The translations under genes and the position numbers were made by a program. A stretch of 64,000 bases of DNA, from positions 558,001 through 622,000 of the forward strand of contig OZ237736.1 in NCBI GenBank assembly GCA_965178125.1, written 5' to 3'. The notes under the pieces were generated by a model. It did not search any database and was not told the DNA's origin. It saw only the letters and a list, made by a program, of their open reading frames with translations. Every line of letters begins with the position of its first letter. The stretch's first letter is position 1. Shown here piece by piece: positions 1 through 14,700 of the stretch. This DNA is from Bilabrum cf. latius. Its lineage: Eukaryota.

Positions 1-2468
1 ATTCAGCGCTGAGCGTGCAGGCATCAGGTGCGACCCAGAATGGTGGAGCACATGAAGTCTCGGTCAGCACGGGCAGTTTGAATGATGGTCCTGTGCCGGC
101 AACGTTCGGTGCAATTGCAGGCCCGTACGCCGTCTACAGAGGCATCGTCAACGCCAGAGCATACCCGCCGCCCCCCAATGCCACGCTGCCCGCTGTGTCA
201 GGCGGTCGATGGCTGCCCTACAGGACGCAGGTCTACGGTTACTTCCAGGGCCGTGTGGCAGTGATGGCCGTGTGCGACAATCCTGACGATGTGCCCGTGG
301 ATCCCGGTGTGGAGGCCGCCATGGGTCGGGGCTCGCAGGGCGGGTGGTCGTTGGCAGCGAGCGTGCATCGCATCTGGTACTCTTACTGGCTGGGATATCC
401 TGGTCTAGTCTAGAATGTGTCGGCATTGGTACAGCGTCGGCTGGCTCCAGTGTCAGCTGGTGTGCAGCTGCGTTGGAACGGCGGTAGTACCCGTCTTCCG
501 GTGTCGTATGATGGGAACAGCACAGTTGATAGCTTGGTGCCTCGCATGGAATGCCGATCGGAAGAATCGCCTGGCCTTGGATCTGCCCGCAGCATGTATC
601 GATCTGACTGGGCCCGCCACCTGGGCGCCAGCCGCGCTTCCCTGTGGTTTGACCTGGCGTTTGACCGGAACCGGTGGCCCGCTGCACAATCGTGGATGGG
701 CGAGCACATCGGCCAGGCGCCCGGTGTAGACCATCCCCATCCGTCGAACAAGCAGCTGCGCTGGCTGGAGGATGACTTGCTGGACGATCTGCAGGATATG
801 GCTGGGGAGGGCGACATGGACCAGGTGCGGTCCTGGCGGGTGGAGGTGTTGCAAGTAGATGCGTTGCCCGCTGAGCCTGCCCCATCGGGTGATTCACTGA
901 ATGTGTCCCAGCTGTGGATGCGCCTGTCAGTGCAGGTGCATGTGGGCGAGCCAGATGGGGCCGCTCGGACGCAGGTGGCAGGCATGGCATTCTAGCGGTC
1001 CATGTCGGCTGGGTCGGTGGTGGATCGGGTGGTACCAGTGCTGCGCGGGAATCGCGGGGGAGCTCTCGCAGGCACGTGGCTGCTGGCAGTGGACATGGGT
1101 AGTGTCGGCTATCGCATCCAGCTCCCCTGTCTGCGTTCGTCGGTGGAGGCATACGCCGAAGACTGCAATACCGTCGGGGCGATGTGGATGCATCGGGGCG
1201 CCACGTGGGCACAGCTGCTTGCAGTGACGGCGATGATAGCCTGCAGCATGGTGTACGCGGTGTCATGTTGGTATGCTGTGTGCAGACTGCAGGCTTCGAT
1301 TGACCTGGAGATCATCTCGGCGAGCGCGTGTCGGGTCTGCCGGATGGTGCTGCACTGGGTGCTTGCGGCGCAGCTGGTTCGAGCGCGGCTGGACGGGCCG
1401 GGTGACGTGTGGATCATAGCTCTGAGCCTGGGATTGGTATTGCGCGCGATCCTGATCGGATGCTGTAGAATGGACATTGCCAGTCGGTATGTGTTGGAAT
1501 CAGGTGAACAGCAGTAGCACGGCAGAGCGGGTGCAGTCCATGATGGAAATCAGTACCGGCGCAGGGATGCAGTCGTTCCGGAACCTGGGCTAGCAATCAC
1601 TAGCAAGCATGGAATGCTTTAGGCTGATACACGATCATGGAATGCGGATAGTGGAACAGGTCGGGCAGGAGTCATCAAATCCTTGGTTCTTGTTGAGACG
1701 ACGGTTGGCATAGCAGGGTGCAGGAATCCCAGCGCTGAATCGAAGTGGCCCCGCAATAGCGCTCACAGTAGATTGCGTCGCATTGTGTCGACATTGTCGC
1801 TGGCGTACCCCGTGCGATTGGCATTTATCAGAGTGATGGCCGTGCTGGATTGGGACACCTAGCTGCTGCTAGCATCGAGTTGCATCCAGGGAGGCTCGGG
1901 GTTGCGGAACACTGACAGTCGCGAGGCCCCCCTCATTGAAGAAGATGCGTCGGACCATGATAGAATAGTTGGGTAGATGTTTTCAGACTCCGAGTCGGAC
2001 CTTGTGGTCCCCAGCTCGAACCGCAGGACGGATAGCTCAATTAGAGTAGCGCAGGTTGTTGGAGTACGGGGCGACGATCCCCTAGGTAGAGCAACATCGA
2101 ACCGTTGTCGCTCACATCAGCAGACAACTCTGACCCGTCGCGTACTGTTGGACATCAGTGTGTATGGCTGGTACATGCGGGTAGCGGAGGATCTTGTGCT
2201 GGTAGCTGTCTTAGTGTGGTCGGCATTGTGTACTGCAGGCGTGTGCAAGTGGTCGGCCTGCAGTTGGAATGACATCGGGTCAATCGAGGGCGTGCCTCAG
2301 GAACTGGTGGCCTGGCAGCGAGTGCAAGAGGTTGGGTTGGTGTGGTCAGCTTGCCTGTGCGCAGCATTGATCTCCTTGGCAATAATCGCTATGGGTCTTA
2401 TTGCGGGAATCAACGGACTAGGTGGCATTGTGGCTGCTTCTAAACCTGCGTCAAAGCGGCTGACTTGA
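1..2468 (+). CDS. Array gene copy 1 (5'-partial): large secreted/multi-TM hypothetical protein
   Basis: ORFs 15-413, 417-995, 1002-1517 and 1977-2468 share one frame and are separated only by TAG. The frame ends at TGA 2466-2468. Confidence 0.8.
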
Positions 2469-2668
2469 ATCCGGGTGGACGATCAATGCGAGCGACTTCC
2501 CGACCTGGATAGATCTACCTAAGTGTTGTCTTTACCAGCGCTTGAATCCTTCTCGTATCCCAGTGTTGTTTGACCATTCGTCCGATTTATGCTAAAACTT
2601 GCCCTTTTTGCAGCCACTGATCAATGTCCACTGGCGGCCTTGGTCGTGACGAGAAGGAGGACCAAAAC

Positions 2669-5600
2669 ATGCAGTTGCACATCGAGACGAAAAAGCGCAG
2701 CTTTGGCATGCTTGTGGTATTCCTTGCTGCACTGATACACCACACGAATTCATATACACACTCTTATAGTATTGACTCGTACTAGCCAAGCACCTCATTC
2801 CGGTTTGGCGCTTGCACCAAGGACAAGCGACTGAATTAGTACCGGCTGAGGTCGCAACAGTGTAACTGTAAGGCAAGCCGATGAGTTACGTCATGCTAGC
2901 AAATATCAAAAGATATCCGAATTTTCCGATCGTCGCATTTTCTGTTCGCAGCGACATGGGTTGTGTCAGATGGGGCTTCGAAGCTTGGCATCGCTGAATC
3001 GAATCGAACTGTTAGGATTCTGTCCGCAAGCTCAGCGTTTCGCATGAATACTTCAAGCGATCCATCTCGCTGTGATATGATCTCGCCTCCATGGAACGGT
3101 TGGGGATTGACCCCGAGCTCACAGCATCCGCCCGTGTTCAAACGGTGGCGATGGCTGACTGGCCCCGCAGTTCCGTCCCCAAGCCACGCATCACCATCCG
3201 CGATCAGCTGTAGATCAGCTGGAGAGTCGTTTGTGCCATCAATAGGAGTCCACGTTGCTATGCCAGGAGCAAGCGCGTTCTAGCTGCCCCCTCCCTCTGT
3301 CGAGTTGGTCCCACCGGAGCGCCAGGACCTAGTGTTGCCTCCTGATCGGGTGGCTGAGCCATTCACGGTGGAGGCTTGGTTTACGCAGATACGCACCGGC
3401 GATGGGACAAATATTTTGGGACGACAGCCTAGGACGTACAGCGGTACGCAAGGGTACAGCAACACTATCACTTACACACCGCTGTAGGACACAACCTCGT
3501 TGCAAATACGCGCAATTGAGGTCATACATAACCCATTCAGACTATGTGCGAGCAGCACCATTGTGGTATGCCCTGTGGAGTGGTATGACCCGGCCTGCTC
3601 CCCCATGGACCAGCCTGTCGATCCCAGGGACATCTGTCTGCAGACCACCGTGTGGCCCATCCAGGGGACGGGATACCCAGCTCGTGCTCGGGTTCCCTAT
3701 TCCTCTCGACAGAACCATTCATCTGCAGTGCAGTGCCCCGTGAAGTACACATCGAGGCAGCCCATCGACAAGCTGGCCCCGGCTGGTGGCCCCCTCCCGC
3801 TTCCTGATGAGTACAACACCACGGGAGTGGCGGTGCGCATCACGTCGGCCTGCGTAGACTCTCGAGTGCTGCTGACTCGGCGGCGGGACGGCAACAGCGC
3901 GGCGCAGCAGACAGCCAAGTGGCACCAGTCTCTCACCACGGTATATCCACCCGGCTCTGTGGCTGTGCTGCCGTATGGTGAGGATGTAGAGATCGTGGGC
4001 GAGGCTAAGGACTACGCTTGGCGCGTGAATCGAGGACACGTGCTTGCGTTTGTGTTGGATGTGCCGGCATCGGAGCTGTATCCGTGGAATGTGACATCAC
4101 TGGGTGGCAATGGCAGTGCTGCTACTAGTCCGAAGAGAGATGTGCTCTGCTAGGGCGTATCGGTGAATCCTGGCTAGAAAATGCCGTATGTCCCATCCCG
4201 GGCAGTCTTGCTGGACGATGCGTCTTGCGTGGGTTCCCGCTCCTGCACCCCCGACACGGGCAGCATCACCGACAGGCAGGATCCTCGCATGCAGGCCTTG
4301 CTGAAGCAGTACGCCGAGAGCGATGCTGTCCGAGGGCCATTCCCGAGTGTTCGCGTGGGATGCGCGATCTCGTATGATGTGGACTTCAGCCGGTACCGTA
4401 GCGGGCTGATACCGATGGACATGCCAGCATCGCAGAACGGGATGTCGACAATGTTCGGGGGCAAGGACGCGCCATACAACACTCGCAGCGGCGTTGTGGT
4501 GGCGGACCGAGGGCGGTACGAGCCTCCAGCGAACAATTCAGCGCTGAGTGTGCAGGCATCAGGTGCGACCCAGAATGGTGGAGCACATGAAGTCTCGGTC
4601 AGCACGGGCAGTTTGAATGATGGTCCTGTGCCGGCAACGTTCGGTGCAATCGTAGGCCCGTACGCCGTCTACAGAGGCATCGTCAACGCCAGAGCATACC
4701 CGCTGCCCCCCAATGCCACGCTGCCCGCTGTGTCGGGCGGTCGATGGCTGCCCTACAGGACGCAGGTCTACGGTTACTTCCAGGGCCGTGTGGCAGTGAT
4801 GGCCGTGTGCGACAATCCTGACGATGTGCCCGTGGATCCCGGTGTGGAGGCCGCCATGGGTCGGGGCTCGCGGGGCGGGTGGTCGTTGGCAGCGAGCGTG
4901 CATCGCATCTGGTACTCTTACTGGCTGGGATATCCTGGTCTAGTCCAGAATGTGTCGGCATCGGTACAGCGCCGGCTGGCTGCAGTGCCAGCTGGTGTGC
5001 AGCTGCGTTGGAACGGCGGTAGTACCCGTCTTCCGGTGTCGTATGATGGGAACAGCACGGTTGATAGCTTGGTGCCTCGCATGGAATGCCGATCGGAAGA
5101 ATCGCCTGGCCTTGGATCTGCCCGCAGCATGTATCGATCTGACTGGGCCCGCCACCTGGGCGCCAGCCGCGCTTCCCTGTGGTTTGACCTGGCGTTTGAC
5201 CGGAACCGGTGGCCCGCTGCACAATCGTGGATGGGCCAATACATCGGCCAGGCGCCCGGTGTAGACCATCCCCATCCGTCGAACAAGCAGCTGCGCTGGC
5301 TGGAGGATGACTTGCTGGACGATCTGCAGGATATGGCTGGGGAGGGCGACATGGACCAGGTGCGTTCCTGGCGGGCGGAGGTGTTGCAAGTAGATGCGTT
5401 GCCCGCTGAGCCTGCCCCATCGGGTGATTCACTGAATGTGTCCCAGCTGTGGATGCGCCTGTCAGTGCAGGTGCATGTGGGCGAGCCAGATGGGGCCGCT
5501 CGGACGCAGGTGGCAGGCCTGGCATTCTAGCGGTCCATGTCGGCTGGGTCGGTGGTGGATCGGGTGGTACCAGTGCTGCGTGGGAATCGCGGGGGAGCTC

Positions 5601-7003
5601 TCGCAGGCACGTGGCTGCTGGCAGTGGACATGGGTAGTGTCGGCTATCGCATCCAGCTCCCCTGTCTGCGTTCGTCGGTGGAGGCATACGCCGAAGACTG
5701 CAATACCGTCGGGGCGATGTGGATGCATCGGGGCGCCACGTGGGCACAGCTGCTTGTAGTGACGGCGATGATAGCCTGCAGCATGGTGTACGCGGTGTCA
5801 TGTTGGTATGCTGTGTGCGGACTGCAGGCTTCGATTGACCTGGAGATCATCTCGGCGAGCGCGTGTCGGGTCTGCCGGATGGTGCTGCATTGGGTGCTTG
5901 CAGTGCAGCTGGTTCGAGCGCGGCTGGACGGGCCGGGTGACGTGTGGATCATAGCTCTGAGCCTGGGATTGGTATTGCGCGCGATCCTGATCGGATGCTG
6001 TAGAATGGACATTGCCAGTCGGTATGTGTTGGAATCAGGTGAACAGCAGTAGCACGGCAGAGCGGGTGCAGTCCATGATGGAAATCAGTACCGGCGCAGG
6101 GATGCAGTCGTTCCGGAACCTGGGCCAGCAATCACTAGCAAGCATGGAATGCTTTAGGCTGATACACGATCATGGAATGCGGATAGTGGAACAGGTCGGG
6201 CAGGAGTCATCAAATCCTTGGTTCTTGTTGAGACGACGGTTGGCATAGCAGGGTGCAGGAATCCCAGCGCTGAATCGAAGCGGCCCCGCAATAGCGCTCA
6301 CAGTAGATTGCGTCGCATTGTGTCGACATTGTCGCTGGCGTACCCCGTGCGATTGGCATTTATCAGAGTGATGGCCGTGCTGGATTGGGACACCTAGCTG
6401 CTGCTAGCATCGAGTTGCATCCAGGGAGGCTCGGGGTTGCGGAACACTGACAGTCGCGAGGCCCCCCTCATTGAAGAAGATGCGTCGGACCATGATAGAA
6501 TAGTTGGGTAGATGTTTTCAGACTCCGAGTCGGACCTTGTGGTCCCCAGCTCGAACCGCAGGACGGATAGCTCAATTAGAGTAGCGCAGGTTGTTGGAGT
6601 ACGGGGCGACGATCCCCTAGGTAGAGCAACATCGAACCGTTGTCGCTCACATCAGCAGACAACTCTGACCCGTCGCGTACTGTTGGACATCAGTGTGTAT
6701 GGCTGGTACATGCGGGTAGCGGAGGATCTTGTGCTGGTAGCTGTCTTAGTGTGGTCGGCATTGTGTACTGCAGGCGTGTGCAAGTGGTCGGCTTGCAGTT
6801 GGAATGACATCGGGTCAATCGAGGGCGTGCCTCAGGAACTGGTGGCTTGGTAGCGAGTGCAAGAGGTTGGGTTGGTGTGGTCAGCTTGCCTGTGTGCAGC
6901 ATTGATCTCCTTGGCAATAATCGCTATGGGTCTTATTGCGGGAATCAACGGACTAGGTGGCATTGTGGCTGCTTCCAAACCTGCGTCAAAGCGGCTGACT
7001 TGA
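2669..7003 (+). CDS. Array gene copy 2: ~1,416-aa hypothetical protein with signal-like N-terminus and C-terminal hydrophobic segments (TAG=Gln; intron 2868-2951)
   Basis: ATG 2669 gives MQLHIETKKRSFGMLVVFLAALIHHTNS. An 84-nt GTAAGG...TTCGCAG intron removes the in-frame TGA at 2882. ORFs 2963, 3305, 3500, 4181, 5537 and 6512 are all in frame, with 12 internal TAGs in total. Ends at TGA 7001-7003. Confidence 0.8.
2868..2951 (+). other. Spliceosomal intron of the array gene (also 7403-7486 and 11938-12021)
   Basis: GTAAGG donor and pyrimidine-rich TTTTCTGTTCGCAG acceptor. Removing it joins the signal-peptide exon to the main frame. Confidence 0.7.
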
Positions 7004-7203
7004 ATCCGGGTGGACGATCAATGCGAGCGACTTCCCGACCTGGATAGATCTACCTAAGTGTTGTCTTTACCAGCGCTTGAATCCTTCTCGTATCCCAGTG
7101 TTGTTTGACCATTCGTCCGATTTATGCTAAAACTTGCCCTTTTTGCAGCCACTGATCAATGTCCACTGGCGGCCTTGGTCGTGACGAGAAGGAGGACCAA
7201 AAC

Positions 7204-10200
7204 ATGCAGTTGCACATCAAGACGAAAAAGCGCAGCTTTGGCATGCTTGTGGTATTCCTTGCTGCACTGATACACCACACGAATTCATATACACACTCTT
7301 ATAGTATTGACTCGTACTAGCCAAGCACCTCATTCCAGTTTGGCGCTTGCACCAAGGACAAGCGACTGAATTAGTACCGGCTGAGGTCGCAACAGTGTAA
7401 CTGTAAGGCAAGCCGATGAGTTACGTCATGCTAGCAAATATCAAAAGATATCCGAATTTTCCGATCGTCGCATTTTCTGTTCGCAGCGACATGGGTTGTG
7501 TCAGATGGGGCTTCGAAGCTTGGCATCGCTGAATCGAATCGAACTGTTAGGATTCTGTCCGCAAGCTCAGCGTTTCGCATGAATACTTCAAGCGATCCAT
7601 CTCGCTGTGATATGATCTCGCCTCCATGGAACGGTTGGGGGTTGACCCCGAGCTCACAGCATCCGCCCGTGTTCAAACGGTGGCGATGGCTGACTGGCCC
7701 CGCAGTTCCGTCCCCAAGCCACGCATCACCATCCGCGATCAGCTGTAGATCAGCTGGAGAGTCGTTTGTGCCATCAATAGGAGTCCACTCTTTCATGCCA
7801 GGAGCAAGCGCGTTCTAGCTGCCCCCTCCCTCTGTCGAGTTGGTCCCACCGGAGCGCCAGGACCTAGTGTTGCCTCCTGATCGGGTGGCTGAGCCATTCA
7901 CGGTGGAGGCTTGGTTTACGCAGACACGCACCGGCGATGGGACAAATATTTTGGGACGACAGCCTAGGACGTACAGCGGTACGCAAGGGTACAGCAACAC
8001 TATCACTTACACACCGCTGTAGGACACAACCTCGTTGCAAATACGCGCAATTGAGGTCATACATAACCCATTCAGACTATGTGCGAGCAGCACCATTGTG
8101 GTATGCCCTGTGGAGTGGTATGACCCGGCCTGCTCCCCCATGGACCAGCCTGTCGATCCAAGGGACATCTGTCTGCAGACCACCGTGTGGCCCATCCAGG
8201 GGACGGGATACCCAGCTCGTGCTCGGGTTCCCTATTCCTCTCGACAGAACCAGTCCTCTGCAGTGCAGTGCCCCGTGAAGTACACATCGAGGCAGCCCAT
8301 CGACAAGCTGGCCCCGGCTGGTGGCCCCCTCCCGCTTCCTGATGAGTACAACACCACGGGAGTGGCGGTGCGCATCACGTCGGCCTGCGTAGACTCTCGA
8401 GTGCTGCTGACTCGGCGGCGGGACGGCAACAGCGCGGCGCAGCAGACGGCCAAGTGGCACCAGTCTCTCACCACGGTATACCCACCTGGCTCTGTGGCTG
8501 TGCTGCCGTATGGTGAGGATGTAGAGATCGTGGGCGAGGCTAAGGACTACGCTTGGCGCGTGAATCGGGGACATGTGCTTGCGTTTGTGTTGGATGTGCC
8601 GGCATCGGAGCTGTATCCGTGGAATGTGACATCACTGGGTGGTAATGGCAGTGCTGCTACTAGTCCGAAGAGAGATGTGCTCTGCTAGGGCGTATCGGTG
8701 AATCCTGGCTAGAAAATGCCGTATGTCCCATCCCGGGCAGTCTTGCTGGACGATGCGTCTTGCGTGGGTTCCCGCTCCTGCACCCCCGACACGGGCAGCA
8801 TCACCGACAGGCAGGATCCTCGCATGCAGGCCTTGCTGAAGCAGTACGCCGAGAGCGATGCTGTCCGAGGGCCATTCCCGAGTGTTCGCGTGGGATGCGC
8901 GATCTCGTATGATGTGGACTTCAGCCGGTACCGTAGCGGGCTGATACCGATGGACATGCCAGCATCGCAGAACGGGATGTCGACAATGTTCGGGGGCAAG
9001 GACGCGCCATACAACACTCGCAGCGGCGTTGTGGTGGCGGATCGAGGGCGGTACGAGCCTCCAGCGAACAATTCAGCGCTGAGCGTGCAGGCATCAGGTG
9101 CGACCCAGAATGGTGGAGCACATGAAGTCTCGGTCAGCACGGGCAGTTTGAATGATGGTCCTGTGCCGGCAACGTTCGGTGCAATCGTAGGCCCGTACGC
9201 CGTCTACAGAGGCATCGTCAACGCCAGAGCATACCCGCTGCCCCCCAATGCCACGCTGCCCGCTGTGTCAGGCGGTCGATGGCTGCCCTACAGGACGCAG
9301 GTCTACGGTTACTTCCAGGGCCGTGTGGCAGTGATGGCCGTGTGCGACGATCCTGACGATGTGCCCGTGGATCCCGGTGTGGAGGCCGCCGTGGGTCGGG
9401 GCTCGCGGGGCGGGTGGTCGTTGGCAGCGAGCGTGCATCGCATCTGGTACTCTTACTGGCTGGGATATCCTGGTCTAGTCCAGAATGTGTCGGCATTGGT
9501 ACAGCGTCGGCTGGCTGCAGTGCCAGCTGGTGTGCAGCTGCGTTGGAACGGCGGTAGTACCCGTCTTCCGGTGTCGTATGATGGGAACAGCACGGTTGAT
9601 AGCTTGGTGCCTCGCATGGAATGCCGATCGGAAGAATCGCCTGGCCTTGGATCTGCCCGCAGCATGTATCGATCTGACTGGGCCCGCCACCTGGGCGCCA
9701 GCCGCGCTTCCCTGTGGTTTGACCTGGCGTTTGACCGGAACCGGTGGCCCGCTGCACAATCGTGGATGGGCGAGCACATCGGCCAGGCGCCTGGTGTAGA
9801 CCATCCCCATCCGTCGAACAAGCAGCTGCGCTGGCTGGAGGATGACTTGCTGGACGATCTGCAGGATATGGCTGGGGAGGGCGACATGGACCAGGTGCGT
9901 TCCTGGCGGGTGGAGGTGTTGCAGGTAGACGCGTTGCCCGCTGAGCCTGCCCCATCGGTTGATTCACTGAATGTGTCCCAGCTGTGGATGCGCCTGTCAG
10001 TGCAGGTGCATGTGGGCGAGCCAGATGGGGCCGCTCGGACGCAGGTGGCAGGCCTGGCATTCTAGCGGTCCATGTCGGCTGGGTCGGTGGTGGATCGGGT
10101 GGTACCAGTGCTGCGCGGGAATCGCGGGGGAGCTCTCGCAGGCACGTGGCTGCTGGCAGTGGACATGGGTAGTGTCGGCTATCGCATCCAGCTCCCCTGT

Positions 10201-11538
10201 CTGCGTTCGTCGGTGGAGGCATACGCCGAAGACTGCAATACCGTCGGGGCGATGTGGATGCATCGGGGCGCCACGTGGGCACAGCTGCTTGCAGTGTCGG
10301 CGATGATAGCCTGCAGCATGGTGTACGCGGTGTCATGTTGGTATGCTGTGTGCAGACTGCAGGCTTCGATTGACCTGGAGATCATCTCGGCGAGCGCGTG
10401 TCGGGTCTGCCGGATGGTGCTGCACTGGGTGCTTGCGGCGCAGCTGGTTCGAGCGCGGCTGGACGGGCCGGGTGACGTGTGGATCATAGCTCTGAGCCTG
10501 GCGTTGGTATTGCGTGCGATCCTGATCGGATGCTGTAGAATGGACATTGCCAGTCGGTATGTGTTGGAATCAGGTGAACAGCAGTAGCACGGCAGAGCGG
10601 GTGCAGTCCATGATGGAAATCAGTACCGGCGCAGGGATGCAGTCGTTCCGGAACCTGGGCTAGCAATCACTAGCAAGCATGGAATGCTTTAGGCTGATAC
10701 ACGATCATGGAATGCGGATAGTGGAACAGGTCGGGCAGGAGTCATCAAATCCTTGGTTCTTGTTGAGACGACGGTTGGCATAGCAGGGTGCAGGAATCCC
10801 AGCGCTGAATCGAAGTGGCCCCGCAATAGCGCTCACAGTAGATTGCGTCGCATTGTGTCGACATTGTCGCTGGCGTACCCCGTGCGATTGGCATTTATCA
10901 GAGTGATGGCCGTGCTGGATTGGGACACCTAGCTGCTGCTAGCATCGAGTTGCATCCAGGGAGGCTCGGGGTTGCGGAACACTGACAGTCGCGAGGCCCC
11001 CCTCATTGAAGAAGATGCGTCGGACCATGATAGAATAGTTGGGTAGATGTTTTCAGACTCCGAGTCGGACCTTGTGGTCCCCAGCTCGAACCGCAGGACG
11101 GATAGCTCAATTAGAGTAGCGCAGGTTGTTGGAGTACGGGGCGACGATCCCCTAGGTAGAGCAACATCGAACCGTTGTCGCTCACATCAGCAGACAACTC
11201 TGACCCGTCGCGTACTGTTGGACATCAGTGTGTATGGCTGGTACATGCGGGTAGCGGAGGATCTTGTGCTGGTAGCTGTCTTAGTGTGGTCGGCATTGTG
11301 TACTGCAGGCGTGTGCAAGTGGTCGGCCTGCAGTTGGAATGACATCGGGTCAATCGAGGGCGTGCCTCAGGAACTGGTGGCCTGGCAGCGAGTGCAAGAG
11401 GTTGGGTTGGTGTGGTCAGCTTGCCTGTGCGCAGCATTGATCTCCTTGGCAATAATCGCTATGGGTCTTATTGCGGGAATCAACGGACTAGGTGGCATTG
11501 TGGCTGCTTCTAAACCTGCGTCAAAGCGGCTGACTTGA
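7204..11538 (+). CDS. Array gene copy 3
   Basis: Copy 2 shifted by +4535 with the same structure; TGA at 11536-11538. Confidence 0.8.
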
Positions 11539-11738
11539 ATCCGGGTGGACGATCAATGCGAGCGACTTCCCGACCTGGATAGATCTACCTAAGTGTTGTC
11601 TTTACCAGCGCTTGAATCCTTCTCGTATCCCAGTGTTGTTTGACCATTCGTCCGATTTATGCTAAAACTTGCCCTTTTTGCAGCCACTGATCAATGTCCA
11701 CTGGCGGCCTTGGTCGTGACGAGAAGGAGGACCAAAAC

Positions 11739-14700
11739 ATGCAGTTGCACATCGAGACGAAAAAGCGCAGCTTTGGCATGCTTGTGGTATTCCTTGCTGC
11801 ACTGATACACCACACGAATTCATATACACACTCTTATAGTATTGACTCGTACTAGCCAAGCACCTCATTCCGGTTTGGCGCTTGCACCAAGGACAAGCGA
11901 CTGAATTAGTACCGGCTGAGGTCGCAACAGTGTAACTGTAAGGCAAGCCGATGAGTTACGTCATGCTAGCAAATATCAAAAGATATCCGAATTTTCCGAT
12001 CGTCGCATTTTCTGTTCGCAGCGACATGGGTTGTGTCAGATGGGGCTTCGAAGCTTGGCATCGCTGAATCGAATCGAACTGTTAGGATTCTGTCCGCAAG
12101 CTCAGCGTTTCGCATGAATACTTCAAGCGATCCATCTCGCTGTGATATGATCTCGCCTCCATGGAACGGTTGGGGATTGACCCCGAGCTCACAGCATCCG
12201 CCCGTGTTCAAACGGTGGCGATGGCTGACTGGCCCCGCAGTTCCGTCCCCAAGCCACGCATCACCATCCGCGATCAGCTGTAGATCAGCTGGAGAGTCGT
12301 TTGTGCCATCAATAGGAGTCCACGTTGCTATGCCAGGAGCAAGCGCGTTCTAGCTGCCCCCTCCCTCTGTCGAGTTGGTCCCACCGGAGCGCCAGGACCT
12401 AGTGTTGCCTCCTGATCGGGTGGCTGAGCCATTCACGGTGGAGGCTTGGTTTACGCAGATACGCACCGGCGATGGGACAAATATTTTGGGACGACAGCCT
12501 AGGACGTACAGCGGTACGCAAGGGTACAGCAACACTATCACTTACACACCGCTGTAGGACACAACCTCGTTGCAAATACGCGCAATTGAGGTCATACATA
12601 ACCCATTCAGACTATGTGCGAGCAGCACCATTGTGGTATGCCCTGTGGAGTGGTATGACCCGGCCTGCTCCCCCATGGACCAGCCTGTCGATCCCAGGGA
12701 CATCTGTCTGCAGACCACCGTGTGGCCCATCCAGGGGACGGGATACCCAGCTCGTGCTCGGGTTCCCTATTCCTCTCGACAGAACCATTCATCTGCAGTG
12801 CAGTGCCCCGTGAAGTACACATCGAGGCAGCCCATCGACAAGCTGGCCCCGGCTGGTGGCCCCCTCCCGCTTCCTGATGAGTACAACACCACGGGAGTGG
12901 CGGTGCGCATCACGTCGGCCTGCGTAGACTCTCGAGTGCTGCTGACTCGGCGGCGGGACGGCAACAGCGCGGCGCAGCAGACAGCCAAGTGGCACCAGTC
13001 TCTCACCACGGTATATCCACCCGGCTCTGTGGCTGTGCTGCCGTATGGTGAGGATGTAGAGATCGTGGGCGAGGCTAAGGACTACGCTTGGCGCGTGAAT
13101 CGAGGACACGTGCTTGCGTTTGTGTTGGATGTGCCGGCATCGGAGCTGTATCCGTGGAATGTGACATCACTGGGTGGCAATGGCAGTGCTGCTACTAGTC
13201 CGAAGAGAGATGTGCTCTGCTAGGGCGTATCGGTGAATCCTGGCTAGAAAATGCCGTATGTCCCATCCCGGGCAGTCTTGCTGGACGATGCGTCTTGCGT
13301 GGGTTCCCGCTCCTGCACCCCCGACACGGGCAGCATCACCGACAGGCAGGATCCTCGCATGCAGGCCTTGCTGAAGCAGTACGCCGAGAGCGATGCTGTC
13401 CGAGGGCCATTCCCGAGTGTTCGCGTGGGATGCGCGATCTCGTATGATGTGGACTTCAGCCGGTACCGTAGCGGGCTGATACCGATGGACATGCCAGCAT
13501 CGCAGAACGGGATGTCGACAATGTTCGGGGGCAAGGACGCGCCATACAACACTCGCAGCGGCGTTGTGGTGGCGGACCGAGGGCGGTACGAGCCTCCAGC
13601 GAACAATTCAGCGCTGAGTGTGCAGGCATCAGGTGCGACCCAGAATGGTGGAGCACATGAAGTCTCGGTCAGCACGGGCAGTTTGAATGATGGTCCTGTG
13701 CCGGCAACGTTCGGTGCAATCGTAGGCCCGTACGCCGTCTACAGAGGCATCGTCAACGCCAGAGCATACCCGCTGCCCCCCAATGCCACGCTGCCCGCTG
13801 TGTCGGGCGGTCGATGGCTGCCCTACAGGACGCAGGTCTACGGTTACTTCCAGGGCCGTGTGGCAGTGATGGCCGTGTGCGACAATCCTGACGATGTGCC
13901 CGTGGATCCCGGTGTGGAGGCCGCCATGGGTCGGGGCTCGCGGGGCGGGTGGTCGTTGGCAGCGAGCGTGCATCGCATCTGGTACTCTTACTGGCTGGGA
14001 TATCCCGGTCTAGTCCAGAATGTGTCGGCATCGGTACAGCGCCGGCTGGCTGCAGTGCCAGCTGGTGTGCAGCTGCGTTGGAACGGCGGTAGTACCCGTC
14101 TTCCGGTGTCGTATGATGGGAACAGCACGGTTGATAGCTTGGTGCCTCGCATGGAATGCCGATCGGAAGAATCGCCTGGCCTTGGATCTGCCCGCAGCAT
14201 GTATCGATCTGACTGGGCCCGCCACCTGGGCGCCAGCCGCGCTTCCCTGTGGTTTGACCTGGCGTTTGACCGGAACCGGTGGCCCGCTGCACAATCGTGG
14301 ATGGGCGAGCACATCGGCCAGGCGCCCGGTGTAGACCATCCCCATCCGTCGAACAAGCAGCTGCGCTGGCTGGAGGATGACTTGCTGGACGATCTGCAGG
14401 ATATGGCTGGGGAGGGCGACATGGACCAGGTGCGTTCCTGGCGGGCGGAGGTGTTGCAAGTAGATGCGTTGCCCGCTGAGCCTGCCCCATCGGGTGATTC
14501 ACTGAATGTGTCCCAGCTGTGGATGCGCCTGTCAGTGCAGGTGCATGTGGGCGAGCCAGATGGGGCCGCTCGGACGCAGGTGGCAGGCCTGGCATTCTAG
14601 CGGTCCATGTCGGCTGGGTCGGTGGTGGATCGGGTGGTACCAGTGCTGCGTGGGAATCGCGGGGGAGCTCTCGCAGGCACGTGGCTGCTGGCAGTGGACA

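Noticed and set aside
148-1266. Long antisense ORFs (e.g. 372 aa here and 55220-56353)
   Set aside because: They are shadows of GC-rich coding sequence on the opposite strand, with no motifs.
1587-1594. GGGCTAGC/GGGCCAGC variant as a third TAG/CAG swap
   Set aside because: In the gene frame it is CTA/CCA (Leu/Pro), not TAG/CAG.
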